DNA of 64,000 nt. Source: Tubulanus polymorphus. Its lineage: Eukaryota; Animalia; Nemertea. Both the position numbers and the translations under genes were made by a program. The DNA is taken from the NCBI RefSeq assembly GCF_964204645.1, contig NC_134027.1, forward strand, positions 5,984,485 through 6,048,484, written 5' to 3'. Under the pieces are notes generated by a model that was given only the letters and a program-made list of their open reading frames with translations, searched no databases and was not told the DNA's origin. Shown here in pieces: positions 51,045 through 64,000 of the stretch; the first letter of the stretch is position 1; every line of letters begins with the position of its first letter.

Positions 51045-52581
51045 CTATTGTTTTTCACTCTGTGTGACTCTGACAATATATTCTTTGATTTCCTTTTCAA
51101 TAACAATGATTTTCTCATCCAGATCAGCGAACAAACCTTTTGACGATCCGACCTAAAATAATGCAATCTCTCACATCACACAACAGACTTTACGCACTAC
51201 ACGTTTTTCTGTGTCCCGAATTAGCCACCATGCTATCATTAACGCTACCAGGAAAAAATACTTACCTTGTCCAAGGAATATCCAGTCATCTGAAAATATA
51301 TAAATAACAGAATGAATCGAGATGAGATACGAGCTTGATTGGTGAATCGTGACGTTTAAAAATGGCAGGACTCATCTATAATGATACGAACCTCCGCAAA
51401 TATGTCCTTGAATTTTTCGACGAATTCTTTCAATTTACCAACAGCCTCTAAAAGAAGTTTGAATTAGTATTGAGTAAGTATCGCATTCAAATTCCCAATA
51501 CATTACAAGCCGTATATGTTACGTTATCTAATTTGACGCCCATAATTTGTTGATATGGATTGATACAATCCAGATAATATAGATGTTATTATTAACGGTT
51601 TACATAAAGATCAGCACGATTTATGTAGAAAAAGCCCAGCGCACGTACACCTTTACGATTTATCGTATCATCGTTTTTTGCGTGATTTTTTTTCGTATCG
51701 ACTTAAAAGTGTGAGGTGGTATTTGAAGCCGATCTCATCACGCGTACCATCGTAAGATCGCATGCGGTTTTATTGTGCGGATGAAAATCCCAGTGACAGA
51801 ATCCAGTAAGTTTATGAACCAGGAAATCGTAAAAGTGTGCGGGCTCATCGTATGCGATCATATACGTTCATATGACGATCACAGAGATGCTCGTCGGTTT
51901 AGTTACATTCGCATAGAGTCATTTACTGGAACTAGTATTTGGTACGGCGAGATTTGAAAGAATCATTTGCAGACAAAACAAGCACCTGGTGCGGCGGAAT
52001 TATCATCATCGAATTGTTTTAATCTATATTCTTTACATACTTTGAACTAATGTGCCTAGTTTTTCGAGTGGTTTATCTGTGCCTTCTTTCTCTACAAGCT
52101 CATCAAACTCGCCTTGCAGTCGGTCCATTTCAACGTTAATACCGTTAATTAGCTCTTGTTCGGCTTGTGATTCACTGAAGATATACGTGGTAAAAATAGT
52201 AAACTCCATCTTACTTTCAAATAAAGAGTAACACACTGTGTGTTACTCAATTGACTCAATACTCAACACTTACAATACAGAACTTAATACCAATCGAACT
52301 TTTCATTTAGATTTTGATATAATGAGTGTACTTGCTTACATAACATCTCGTGGTATTGCTTCAATCGACCGCTTGCCATTAGCTATGCTCGATACGATTT
52401 TACTGACTACGGCATTCACAATAATCGGCACCACAAATTTAGCTACCGTCGGTCCGTATTCTTTGATTTTTTCCAGCACCAGCTCTCCGAATTTTTTCAA
52501 ATCTTCTTTCGTAAGACTGGCATCGATAGGAATAACCGTGGATAATGCCAAGACAATAACGATGCGACCAGCCCAGTTCAT
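51045..52581 (-). CDS. Uncharacterised secreted precursor: signal peptide + amphipathic peptide + GKR + acidic helical extension
   Basis: Exons 52581-52340, 52174-52041, 51447-51392, 51289-51266 and 51152-51045 join in frame through GT-AG introns. A second candidate last exon starts at 50798, and a 5' exon has its donor at ~52965. Confidence 0.8.
51633..51845. mobile_element. Degenerate palindromic MITE in an intron of the peptide gene
   Basis: AGCCC...ACACCTTTACGATTT versus AAATCGTAAAAGTGTGCGGGCT; interior rich in ATCGT/ACGAT. Confidence 0.55.
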
Positions 52582-54151
52582 CTGTGAGCCATGTAAGAAA
52601 TCGAAAAAAAATATCCCAAAAATCAAATAAACGAGCTAAACCTCATTTGGAGCTGTCGAGTTGGAGAAAATCCGTTGTTATTATCCTTTTCACCCATATG
52701 CCCAACGATCACGAGAGGACCAGGAGAAAACATCAAATAGTATAAGCCTAATCCATATAGGCATATCGAAATACGTGTCTAATGGTTTCTTTGATAGGTA
52801 TGTTTCAACGTGCACCATTTATACGTATTTAGAGTTTCAAAGAGGTCTAGAGTCATATATCTAGTATCAGTGAAAAAACAAAATGATTTCAAAGAGATAT
52901 TTCATCATAAAACGCGACAGAACTATGATATACACATGGGAATGTAATTTATGAGAGAAGCTTACCTTTTCGTTTGGATGTAAATATGAAATAGCAATGT
53001 GTCATGTTCACAGCGTTCGTTCGGTTTTATCCACGTCGTTATCAATTTAATACTTATCAAATAAAATTAGGATTCAGGAGATACCAACTGTTTCCAAGTC
53101 CTATCAGTCGATATTTCAAAGCCATTTTGATATGACAGGACATTAATTGTACACCTTTTTCTCTATCATACTTACATCGACACTGCCATTAATTATTTTT
53201 TATAAAGTCAGGACAGATAATGCTAAAAGCTTTTTCTGTGAATATTTTTAAACCTGCTGGGGCTGTCGTTCGGTATGATCAGGCAAATATGGAACCACTG
53301 TATTACTAAGACCGATTAGTCCCTGGTTCGAACCCGTTTAATTACTGATACTGATTCTAAGTAGTCCTGATACCCATACATTATTTTTGTTCATTCTTTT
53401 TACGTTAACACGAGTCAATTAAACTTTAAAGAGGAAAATGGATCTATTAACTGTGGTTTTCAAACTCTGGAATATTTAGAAAAAAGTATTTTCCCTCCGC
53501 CAAATATTATGACCAATCTCTTGAGACTTTAGATCTAGACAGTTAGACAATACTTGCCCTACGAACCTCATCTTGCAATTTGCATGAAAACGAATTCCTG
53601 GCGTAATAACGTAATTGTCGCAGATTCATCTGCATATTTTCGAACATTTATACCAACTTCTAAAATGCCACAAGGATACCAGGTACTTGATGTTATTTCT
53701 AAACCGAATGTCAGTAGTCGGAACTATAGTCCGGAATTATTCGGAAATTAAGCGCATTCGGTTATTAGCCGACCCGACAAGTCGCCATGAACTCAGTGTA
53801 CGCCGAACCAAAAACCCGAATTTGGCCGCGGCGAAGGCTCAGTTTTGATGCGAGGTCAGCTCTCATGTGGTTTCAATACTTTGCGCAATAAATATAAGTT
53901 CAAGTTCAATGTCAAGGTACTCTGATCCAGAAAACCGTCAAAACACTGAATATGAATTATGAAAATGACTTTAGGCCTACTCTAGTCTTTAATGGATTTT
54001 TGGTGATACGCATGATGCACTATTCTCGGAGCGTCCCTTACACGGTATTCTGAAAACATCGAGGGATGCCCGACCGACAGGTGGCAGCGGTGGCGGGTCA
54101 GGTTAGATAGAACGTTTGACAGTTCGTAAAATCGATAAAGATGCTTTGAAA

Positions 54152-57100
54152 ATGGCGTCCAGCATCCGGACAGTGAGAACAGAATGTCTTATTTTCACAG
54201 GATTGATATCAATTGTTTTGACGGTGCTCTGTGTTCATAGTGCCAGCTCCTTACAAACGTAAGTTGTTTTTAATTTACCGGTGACAATCAATGCTGCTGT
54301 GTGTGTGTGTGTGGTGATTACAATAATACATAGGCCCTACACAGTCCGTATCTATCAATTTCATATCGGACAAAATATTTTCACCCACACAGTTATTGAA
54401 CCCTGTATCAGTCTCCCCAGTCATGTGGGAATGACTGATGAATGGAGTCATTCAAGTTGAGTCTCAACAAATACCGGAGTATATATGTCAAGTCTACCAC
54501 CTGTAAACCGCGCAGCCAGCAAACTTTATAGTCTTAATCAATTTTAATGCAAAGGCTATGCAACCATATTCGATGATGATGATGACATCTCGAAGAAGAT
54601 CCTGTGCTGCTGTCGGCTTGTCTTATTCATTCATTGTTCATTGATGGTGGATGATGCATGAGATGAATTACTCTCAGTCTCTCTCTTCTGCAGGCCCGTG
54701 CTGAAGGCTTAGATTTGAGTGGTGCAGATTCTATTTCAAGAAACGATCTTCTCGAAATGTAGTTAATCATTTGTGAGAGAAAATTAGATTTTCGTTGTAT
54801 TCTGTTAATTGCTGTTTCAGAATTAGTGATAATTTTGCAGACAAGTTCGACAGGGATTTAGCGAAATGGCTCGGCCGATATATCCGACCACACATTGCAA
54901 GTGCGGTAAGTTGCTGTTGATTTTCCTGGTGAATTATGATAGGCCCAGCCACAGCATTGAAATCCTGAAATTCCTATATACCTTTATTCATAACATTGTT
55001 ACGAGTAAAGATGGAACTTGAAAGTTTATTGATGCCTGAAAAAATAACACATATATTGCTCAATATTGTCGACTATGGACATTATGGTTACAGTTTTTAC
55101 GGTTTCGAAAAATAGAGTCAAGAAGCAAAAAAAAGAAAAACACAAAAAATGTTAAGATTGATTACAAATGGGTTGAAAAAATCAGGATGGAAATGAAATT
55201 TATCTTCATGTCATTTTCTAGGAATATCAGAAACGCGCGAACGCGGGTGAAATTAATTTCATAGATTTAAACATTAAACGCTTGGTGCGAACAATGGAGA
55301 GTTCTTTGCAAAAAAATCTAGCCAAAAAGATGAAAGCTTTGAAGGTAACACCTTTTTCCTTATTAAAGAGCAGTATTGATTGATAATTTCTCTCTGAGTT
55401 ATCATCCATTTTGAATATCTATTCCGCTTTAAGAATTATTTCAGCTTTTGAAATTTTGACTTTTCAGAGAAATGTGAAAGAAGCTGAAAAGCTTGCAGCA
55501 AACTTTAACTGGACGGAAAAAATTGATGTAAGTAAAGATGGATCTATTTCTCCGATATAATTGTTGAATCAGTTTGGGCCTAATTTCTTTATCAATTCTG
55601 GACGGGCCTGGAGTTCAAACCCTGAACCTTTTGAGCTGATGACTGCGTAGCGAATTATTCACGTTGATCGTAATGTTTTTATTTGCAGAAGTCAAATGTC
55701 ACATATGTTCATGCCAAAAACATCTCGGGCAGTGAAACGAATTTCGTCTACAATACACAGTTCAAACAAAAAGTAGACGCTGCTTTATCTAGTGTACACA
55801 TTCCTGTGGAAATCTATGAAGGAGGTAAGCAACGCCTAGTAAATGAACTTAGCTTACACAATCCATTAATGTCCTCTGAGGACCTCATAATTTGGTAAAA
55901 TGAAATATGAAAAATCTTATTCTATCAAGTAATATGCCTGCTCTTTAAATTCTTTGTATTCATGAGGAAAATATGGAGGAATATGATCAGGAATGATACG
56001 GTTAATGATTGTAGGTTGAGCAATTTCCCTGTGGGAATAGCTGATATACGAACAAGATCAGATTTTGGAATACTAGTGATATAGAAAATTGATGAACCAA
56101 TTCGAGAATTATTCATAACGAAAAATAATATGTTTATTTGGTTGTTTGAATGTCGGTTCAATTCTTTACATTCTCTGTTTGAAGGAAGCTTTTTTCTTCA
56201 AGACGAACACTAAAGCTGGGTAATGCAGGTAGTATTGTGGGAATTCGTGTACTACAGTCATGCTCGTTGTTCCGTTCTTCTCCAAATTTTTTAGGAATTG
56301 ATCCATTCCAACAAATTCCTCCATGTCGAGGTAATCTTTGCGCAAAGTAACGACTACATGCCCTCCTGAAGAACAAAAAAAAATTGCTAATGGGTTTGTT
56401 TCAATTTGATGATTTCGTATTAAATTATTCGATCAAGAACTTTTGAAAATATTCCAAATGAAACAAGCTTTATATTTATAAACAATGAATGTATTGCCAA
56501 AGTAGGTATGCAAGAAGAAATAGATTCTCAGAAAGTTGGGCACTTTTGATTATCATCTTCAAATAATTATATTACCAGTAGTATGAACGAGTCTCGTGCA
56601 ATTGAATTATCTACTGTAGAATTGGCATTAATCAACGCTTACTTACCCGGTTTGCATATTCTTAGTAGTTCTGCGATGCATTGATATCTGACGTGTCCAG
56701 GAATGATGCTACCGCAGCAGGTTACGTTATCATACGACTCTGAAGTGAAATGTAGTTTATTCTAAATCTGATGTCGAATTGATAAGAATACCGCGCGTCT
56801 AAATCGCATCAAGGTTTTCTCATTGTTATCGAATAAACGGACTTTTTATCGTATTTACCTGTTTCAACAGAGCATTGTTGTCCGGGTATGAGATATTCAT
56901 GGTAGAATTTATTGTATAGCTTTTTCTCGATTGCTTCCTTTGCCATCCCAGTTGACGGATCAATTGCATCCATTCGACCGGTGAAACCTAACTTTCTCAG
57001 CTAAAATGATAGAGAATTTAATTTTTATTTCTATCATTTTAAGTGCCAATATTCAATATGAATCACTAATCAGTCATCACTCTCCGGGCGAAGTAAAATC

Positions 57101-60100
57101 TCTTAAGCTACTTCTGTCGATAAACTTAATTTCTAGGTGCGCAGAAATTTCTTCAAATGTGCCACAGTAACCGGTGTAGTTAATTTTTCGATAGGCCTAT
57201 ACAATATTCATTAGCCAATTAACTAAGCAAACATTTCAACTGTATAAATGTATGAATAATTGATGAAGTATCCCGTGACAACTGTGAACAGCATCCTGAC
57301 TTTATTGATTAAAGATATTCCGTTTTGGGTGAATATTTATTGTTTAATAAGAATAGGAATGCATAACGGTTTAAATAAAAGGTTTCATATTTGTGGATCT
57401 AGATATGAATACTTTTAGCCTACCTCCTCCGCGACCAGACCTGTGCCTGCTCCAACATCACATATTGTACAGTTCTTATCATTGACAAATCTATGTACCA
57501 TGTGTGCAGTATGAACTGGACCTTTGTATGAGGCACTTTTCAAATCCTGAAATTAATTGAACTTTCTAATTGTTTGCTGGCCTGTCTAGTTTTTTAGCCA
57601 TTAATTCAAAATTGAATTTCTAAATAATTTCTGTTTAAATATATCAAAGTCATAATCTAAAAAAAAATGCTTGATTACCTTGCTGTATCCGAAGTTCCAT
57701 TCATCATAGATTGACTTCATCTTTTCGGGATCTTTACAAGTGAAGACTTTTTCATGGAAATATTCCACGGTTTCTTTACCAGTTCGTGACATGATTTTTT
57801 ATGAGAAATTTGTAACAGAGAATAACTGTAATGCAGTCTCAGATGATAATTTCAAACTGAGCTGCTTGAAAGTTTTCCCATCAATTTATACTGTCCCAAT
57901 CTTTTGGACTTTGATTAGATTATCTTTGCACACTCATTGAATGTCTGGGATGTCGGCCTGGATCAATATTATACCCTGTAAAATACAAAGATCAATTTAA
58001 AGTACGGGGTATTTTAGTAAAAATGTCAATGAATATCAGAATAAGGTCCAATTGAATAATAATCGATATCTTAAAGCCCGTATTATCTCATTTTATAAGG
58101 CTCCCTTCAAAATATTTATGATGAGATAGACCTATGATCTATTGATCTTGGCGAATTTTTTATTGATTTCAAAGAATTCTTTTATATTACTGAACCGATT
58201 TAAAAACATTCTCTAGGTTGAAATGGTCCTATTCCAATTCAATCAATTTCAATTATTTTGCCAATTCTATTTTTGTCAAGATTACGACATTCTACAAGGA
58301 CTAAAATGGTCGGCGAGACTTGATGAAATATTCGCTGAAAATCGCAGACGAGACCCTGAAATAATGTGGCAAAATTTTGGTAGTCAGGCTGGATTTATGC
58401 GAACTCTGCCGGGTAAGTTCACCCAGTTATTCCGTTTGGGATTTTTGAGATTGGCTTTTATTTGTTTTGAATTGGCTTGTGTTGAAAATTTCAATCCTCA
58501 AAAATTAAAGATTGATGTCATTCACTGTTCAGGCCTCTGCTTTTTCTTTTAACAGCTAGCAAATGGCTTGGCAAGGCTGTTGATTTATATGATGTCCGAA
58601 GAAGACCTTGGTAAATGATATTTGAACCGATTCCTGATTTGTTATGTTATATTGTTTCATTTCAAGTGCATGACAGTAGATTTCCACTTCAGGTATACGC
58701 AAGGATCAAGTTCACCTAAGGACATGTTTATTCTAATTGATAAGTAAGTTAGAGATAGTGAATATATGGTTTACATGGTATATGGTTTATATGGTATATT
58801 TCATTTTAATTCCAGTAGTATCGAATTTTAAGACCCATTTAAGTCCCATTTTAAGACATCTAAAGATATTATTCATTTTAATATCTCCGGCACTTACACG
58901 TTGGTTCTCTCAATATCACTTCATTGGTCATAAATTTGTTACCTTTTTTGAAACCATTAAAAGATCTAAATCAATCAAATCATCTAAAATTCACAAAATG
59001 TTTTGAATTTCATAGTAGTGGCAGTGTACATGGTCAGGCATTGCAGTTAATGAAAGTTGCTGTAAAATCCCTTATAGATACGTTAGGTGAAAATGACTTT
59101 GTTAGTGTGGCCAAAGTAAGTTTGAAAATATTTTGATATGCCATTTAATTTATTTGAATTAAACTGTACTTACTATGAATTAAGAATAGTACCCGTGCTG
59201 GTAGGCTTTTGAGACATTTCATTCTAATTCAGTTTTCAGAAAAAGCTAGTTATATCTCATGTCTGACGACATTCGTTCAAGCAAATTATCACAATAAACA
59301 GGTATAATCACGTAAGAACTTTAAGAAAGTACTTACGGACGTGAACACAATATTTTTCTGACTGTTCTTATTTCCAGCTTTTGTATGCTGAAATTGACAA
59401 GATGAAAGCTTCTAAGATGGCCAGTTATGAAAAGGCATTCGAGTTTGCCTTCACTGAGTTTGAAAATGTCAGTATATTTTCAGTGATTTTGACTTAAAAA
59501 TTTCAATAAGTCACAGTCTAGTTGATTACATTATTTTCATTTTGCAGTTTGAAAATGAAAGGAGGAATGGTCAAGGAGCACGTTGTAACCAAGTTATTAT
59601 GATGTTGACTGATAGTGGCACTGAAATGCCCCAAGCAGTTTTCAAAAAATGGAACTGGGATGAGAAAAAGGTATACCCAGCAATTTTGATACTGAAGCTT
59701 TGATTCCACCTATTGTTACCTCATCAAGGATGTGATTCATATATGTCGACTAGATTAAGAAATTCAGTATTTGTTTCTGTACGGTTTTTGTAGGTGCGTG
59801 TCTTCTCTTATGCTGTTGGGCCAACCACAAATCCTGTATCGGCTATACGATGGATGGCTTGCTCCAATAGAGGTAATTTTCTATTTCTAGAATGCATTGG
59901 GTTCTCGTCATTCTTGACATTCTGTTCATGTGATATGGCATATAGAATAGACCATTGTGATGTTATAGTTGATCGAGTTTTTCTGCCCAGTTCTCTCATT
60001 CAGTCATTGCTTTATTTTCACAGGGTATTTTTCACAGATTCCCTCGATGAGCGCGATCAGAACTAAAGTCCAAGTAAGTCTATATTATATCATGGAAAAT

Positions 60101-63100
60101 TTCGTTTGTGATTGGGTCGACAAAATGTAAATCTCAATGTTATGCCTTTTATTTATATGCAGTATTTCTAGATGATAAGTGTATTTATTACTGTGTATTT
60201 ATTGTCAGTGTTTTCAAGCCCTATTCAGATATCACATTTCTAATCACATCAGTATAGCTGTCATGCATTGAAAAGCTATGGGAATTCCTTTTAGTTTTTT
60301 AAGAAAAAATGAGGGTAATAATTGGGTTGCCTCTTGCCGATTTTCCATCTCAAATATTCATAAATTGGAGAAATGTGATTTCTGTTGAGGGTCTAAATGT
60401 GCAAAAATGTGCCTTTCAATAAGTTATATTTTACAAGTGATTGCTAGAAATCGAACAGCTTGATCATTTTGAACTAAATGAATGTGACTTTCCTGTCCAA
60501 ATCGTTGTATGTGTACAGATTCTCCTTCACACATTGAATAACATGTTACATCAATAACAATCAAATTACAATATATAAAATTGAATAATTAATGAATACC
60601 TATAATATTGAAAATCAAAGCACACACAGTTTGTGCATTTCTAATTTTACTTCATGGGTTGTTATATAGGTTGCCGATGCCAACTCGCAATATCGTTATC
60701 GATGAAACAATTCTACATTTAGGTTGCAGTCCATGGAAAATTTTAAAACACATGCATTGGGGCAGTGACAAGGTGACTAGCCAATGTTCACTAACTCAAA
60801 TAACCTTTTAGTTCTCAGAAAACAATTAATAAAGCATGAGTATTACTCGGTCAGCAACATTCAGAATCATTGATAAAGTGATTGTTGAAAATTGGGCCTG
60901 TAATTATGTGAAAAGATAACTTTAATTTGTTAATGTGCGTGCGTGCTGCTTAATATTGTTTCAAGTACCGGTAATCAGATGTTGGTGTCCTATGAAAAAT
61001 GCATGCACATTAGATATATACTTAAAAATTCTGTGTTATGATTTCACATACTTAAATATTTCACACACTCAACATTTGTGTGCAGTTTGAACTTTCTGCT
61101 AGGACATAAATTCTGACCACATTCCCTAGCAGCGTAACGATTAAGAAGTGACAGTACAATCACGTGCACACGCCATGGATCGGACCAGTGTCTCGTACAT
61201 GCAGAAAGTGTGCTAACCACTAGACCTATAGAACTAGTCCACTTGGCCCATTAATTTTGATGTCAAATTTTGCCTGACAGCAAGGTATTTTGTTGACAGA
61301 CTTACGTTCAAAAGATGTAAGGGTGTATTGCTTTATATGATAACTCTAGGTGTTATTTACAACTGTTACTCTAGAGGCTGGTTTTCCAGACAGAGGGGGT
61401 CATGGTTATTTTCAATCAGTCATGCAGCCATTTTGTCTCTGCGCACTTGCTACCAACGCAATATTGCAACATGATTTTCTATGAATTCCTCTTGAAAACA
61501 GGCCCCACTGCAGTGAAGACCAAAACCGCACAAAATCTCCCACATCTGAGCCTGTTTCGTGGAGACACAATGCCCGTGCCCACCTCTGTGTTCGCAAACC
61601 AGCCTTACTCTATGAATTGATGTTCAACTCTCTAAACCTCGTTTTGAGATTATGAATTTTGAAGATATTTCAACTCACAAAAGTATTCAATTTCCCTAAC
61701 ACCTCACTAATCTGCTAATAGGATTGTATGTTTATAATTGTTGCATTGAAGTTATTCCTTCCCTTATTGACATTCATTCAAAGTTTTTTTTTCGAAATAT
61801 TTTTTCTGTATTCAGTTCAGTAAATGTATAATTTCCTTTATTTCCTTTATTGTCATCGACGATGTTTCTTATATTCCATAACAGCCCCGGCATGTGTCGT
61901 ATTTTTGCGTTTGTATCGTTTTTGTTGATATTCTTCATTTACAAGAATGATGATTGAGGAGGCTACTGTACCTCTAACAGTAGATTCTGATTTAAAAGGT
62001 TAGTTCAATTCTTCACTTCGATGTGTTTAATGTGAACTCTGAAGTTACTACATGCACTGTTAATGAGATCTATTGTCTCTATTCAAATCTAAATTATTTC
62101 TGATCCCTTCCTGACGCATCAAATCATTGTCATCAAAACAGGAAAACTACTATGGTAATTTAGAAAAGATTTAATGTTGCACTTTCCCTGCTTGATTTTT
62201 AAAAAGATTTTCATGCGATTTCACAGCACATCATAATGTGCTGAACACAACAGGGCTTACGACTTGTAGATATTTTTTGTATTCTTCAGCATGGCCACAG
62301 GTTTGGCTGATTATGAACATGTATTTGTTTGTTTCATTTATCTTTGCATGGATATACAGCAATATCTCACTGTACTCGGGAGACCAATGGTGCTAAAACG
62401 CGCAAAAGACATCGGATGGACGAATGTTTATGTTGATGCTTCGGTAATTAAATCTTTCGTCATTTGTCTTTTCTTAATTTTCTAATGCTTCCTAAGACTT
62501 CTTAAATCCCACGATGACTGTTCAAGATGTTTCGACGTTACACACCATGCTGTATCTAATACATTGACTTTTTGTGTACAGGGTTTGGGAATGATGACAA
62601 CAGTAACACTGCCTGTATACAATACAACCATTCTACGAAGTGTATGTATGTTTTTCTACCGTTTCGTATATGATGTTGAATTTTCTAATTGAAAACCTTT
62701 CTCTTATCATATTGCAGTGTGTAGGCAAATGTACAGTGCCAGATAAGTTAGATGAGTATGTGGTTGATAAGGCTTGTCGTGCAATCTGTGTAAGTCTTTG
62801 AATTATCATTATCTAGCTATGAAACCTTGGAAAGTTAACTTATCTAATTGGAAAACTTTCGATAATTTCAGTCGAGCAACCAAACGATTTTAGGCGTCAT
62901 GGGCATTGATATTCGAACTAAAGACATGGAAAGATATATTCCATGGCGGAAGGTAAGAGATATTCAAAATGACAATCTCCTTGATTCACTCAATACACCG
63001 CTATTCATACCATTTTCAAAAGATCATAACTTATGAACTTGCTACTTCTGTATGTTAAACTAAAGACCATTATTCACCTTCTTAAGATCAGGAAATTGTC

Positions 63101-64000
63101 CTACTGTGTTTTGATAGTGTGAAAAATAATTGTTTGTTGCAATCCCTCTCTTGAATATGATTCCTGTCTATTAAACCAATCTAAAAGCGCACCCAATAAT
63201 TCCGCTATAATTGGGTTGCGTCAGAACTGAATTTTCAAGGCCCACACGCCTCTTGTGTTTATATTGTAGCTCGGACCAAATGGTTACTCATTTGCAGTCA
63301 CCAATAATGGTTACATAGTTTTTCATCCACACCTCAAAGCAGAAAGCGCTGGGATAGAAGACCCGCCAAATGTTGACCTCCTCGATATTGAATTTGACAA
63401 TGAAGCAGAAGTTAAATCAAATGTAAGTTGATTGTGTTGGTTGATGTTGTGGAAGATATTTAACCTTGATGAATATTAGAAATGTAGAAATACACCCTTT
63501 TGAGTCATTATTTTGTGAATTAATGATTATGTTAATTATATCTTTTATCAATTGTGTCTTACAGATCAGAAAAAAGATGATTGATCAGAAAGGTGGTACA
63601 ACTGATTTTCTTGGATACAGGCTGACACTGGATGAGATTTATGCAATAAAAATGAACCTTACATATTCGTACACTAAAATAACTAACACATCATTCAGGT
63701 ATGAGTAACTGAGGTTTCACCGTAAAAATGGCTTGAAGCGGTTTTAGAACATTATATATGATTTGTCTACCATTTCAGTCTAGCCCTTGTTGTACCGAAA
63801 TCTCGAAAGAAATTCATGAACGTTAGGAAAAATTCTATGAGAGATACAAGTTCTAAAAGAGCCAGTTAGTTTGAATCAATTTTTCAACTCAAATTTATCA
63901 GTTTCATCCATCAGATCTATCCTAATGTCTACATTGTCCATGCAATAGAACCAATAGCAATGTATGATTTACTTTTCAGTATTTTCTGAATTGGACACTG
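54152..64000 (+). CDS. Voltage-gated calcium channel alpha2-delta subunit (CACNA2D family), 3'-truncated by the window edge
   Basis: Signal peptide; [10 protein letters not shown]; [15 protein letters not shown]; [33 protein letters not shown] (VWA MIDAS); [10 protein letters not shown]; VRVFSYAVG; [22 protein letters not shown] (Cache). Confidence 0.97.
54298..54312. repeat. (TG)n microsatellite
   Basis: tgtgtgtgtgtgtgt in the first alpha2-delta intron. Confidence 0.8.
56166..57792 (-). CDS. METTL27: METTL27/WBSCR27-like class I SAM methyltransferase nested antisense in an alpha2-delta intron (5 exons)
   Basis: [13 protein letters not shown]|[10 protein letters not shown]...[14 protein letters not shown]|[19 protein letters not shown]...|[17 protein letters not shown]...ELLRICKP|GGHVVV. 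Stop at 56166-56168. Confidence 0.88.
61165..61234 (-). other. Degenerate tRNA-derived sequence (SINE head or tRNA pseudogene)
   Basis: Minus strand GTTCTATAGGTCTAGTGGTTAGCACAC...GGTCCGATCC contains A-box-like and B-box-like motifs. The acceptor stem does not pair. Confidence 0.45.

Noticed and set aside
55636-55660. CTGATGA as a second hammerhead core
   Set aside because: No convincing stem II, GAAA or stem I partner.
61165-61234. Functional tRNA gene
   Set aside because: Only A/B-box-like motifs are present. The acceptor and anticodon stems do not pair.

Overview
Gene-dense, AT-rich animal genomic DNA with short GT-AG introns. The gene set and style suggest a compact-genome marine invertebrate, probably a lophotrochozoan (inference only). 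Genes in order: 3' part of Acinus (ACIN1); a PX-only protein; an atypical SLC6 transporter; a divergent ionotropic glutamate-like receptor; two FkbM-type methyltransferase copies inside an old tandem duplication whose breakpoints lie in coding exons; ARL2BP; TIMMDC1 head-to-head with WASH1; two tandem SLC16/MCT paralogues; a rolling-stone-like membrane protein; an APMAP/strictosidine-synthase-like gene; an unrecognised secreted precursor of an amidated amphipathic peptide; and the 5' part of a calcium-channel alpha2-delta gene carrying an antisense nested METTL27-like gene. Most striking observations: (1) a 1.8-kb foldback-like element in which inverted arrays of a 42-bp hairpin unit flank an array of TATA-box-bearing units with higher-order structure; (2) an intronic palindrome made of two inverted Penelope-type minimal hammerhead ribozyme motifs; (3) the cecropin/styelin-like peptide precursor with two candidate alternative last exons. 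Exon structures were read by eye and need transcript confirmation.
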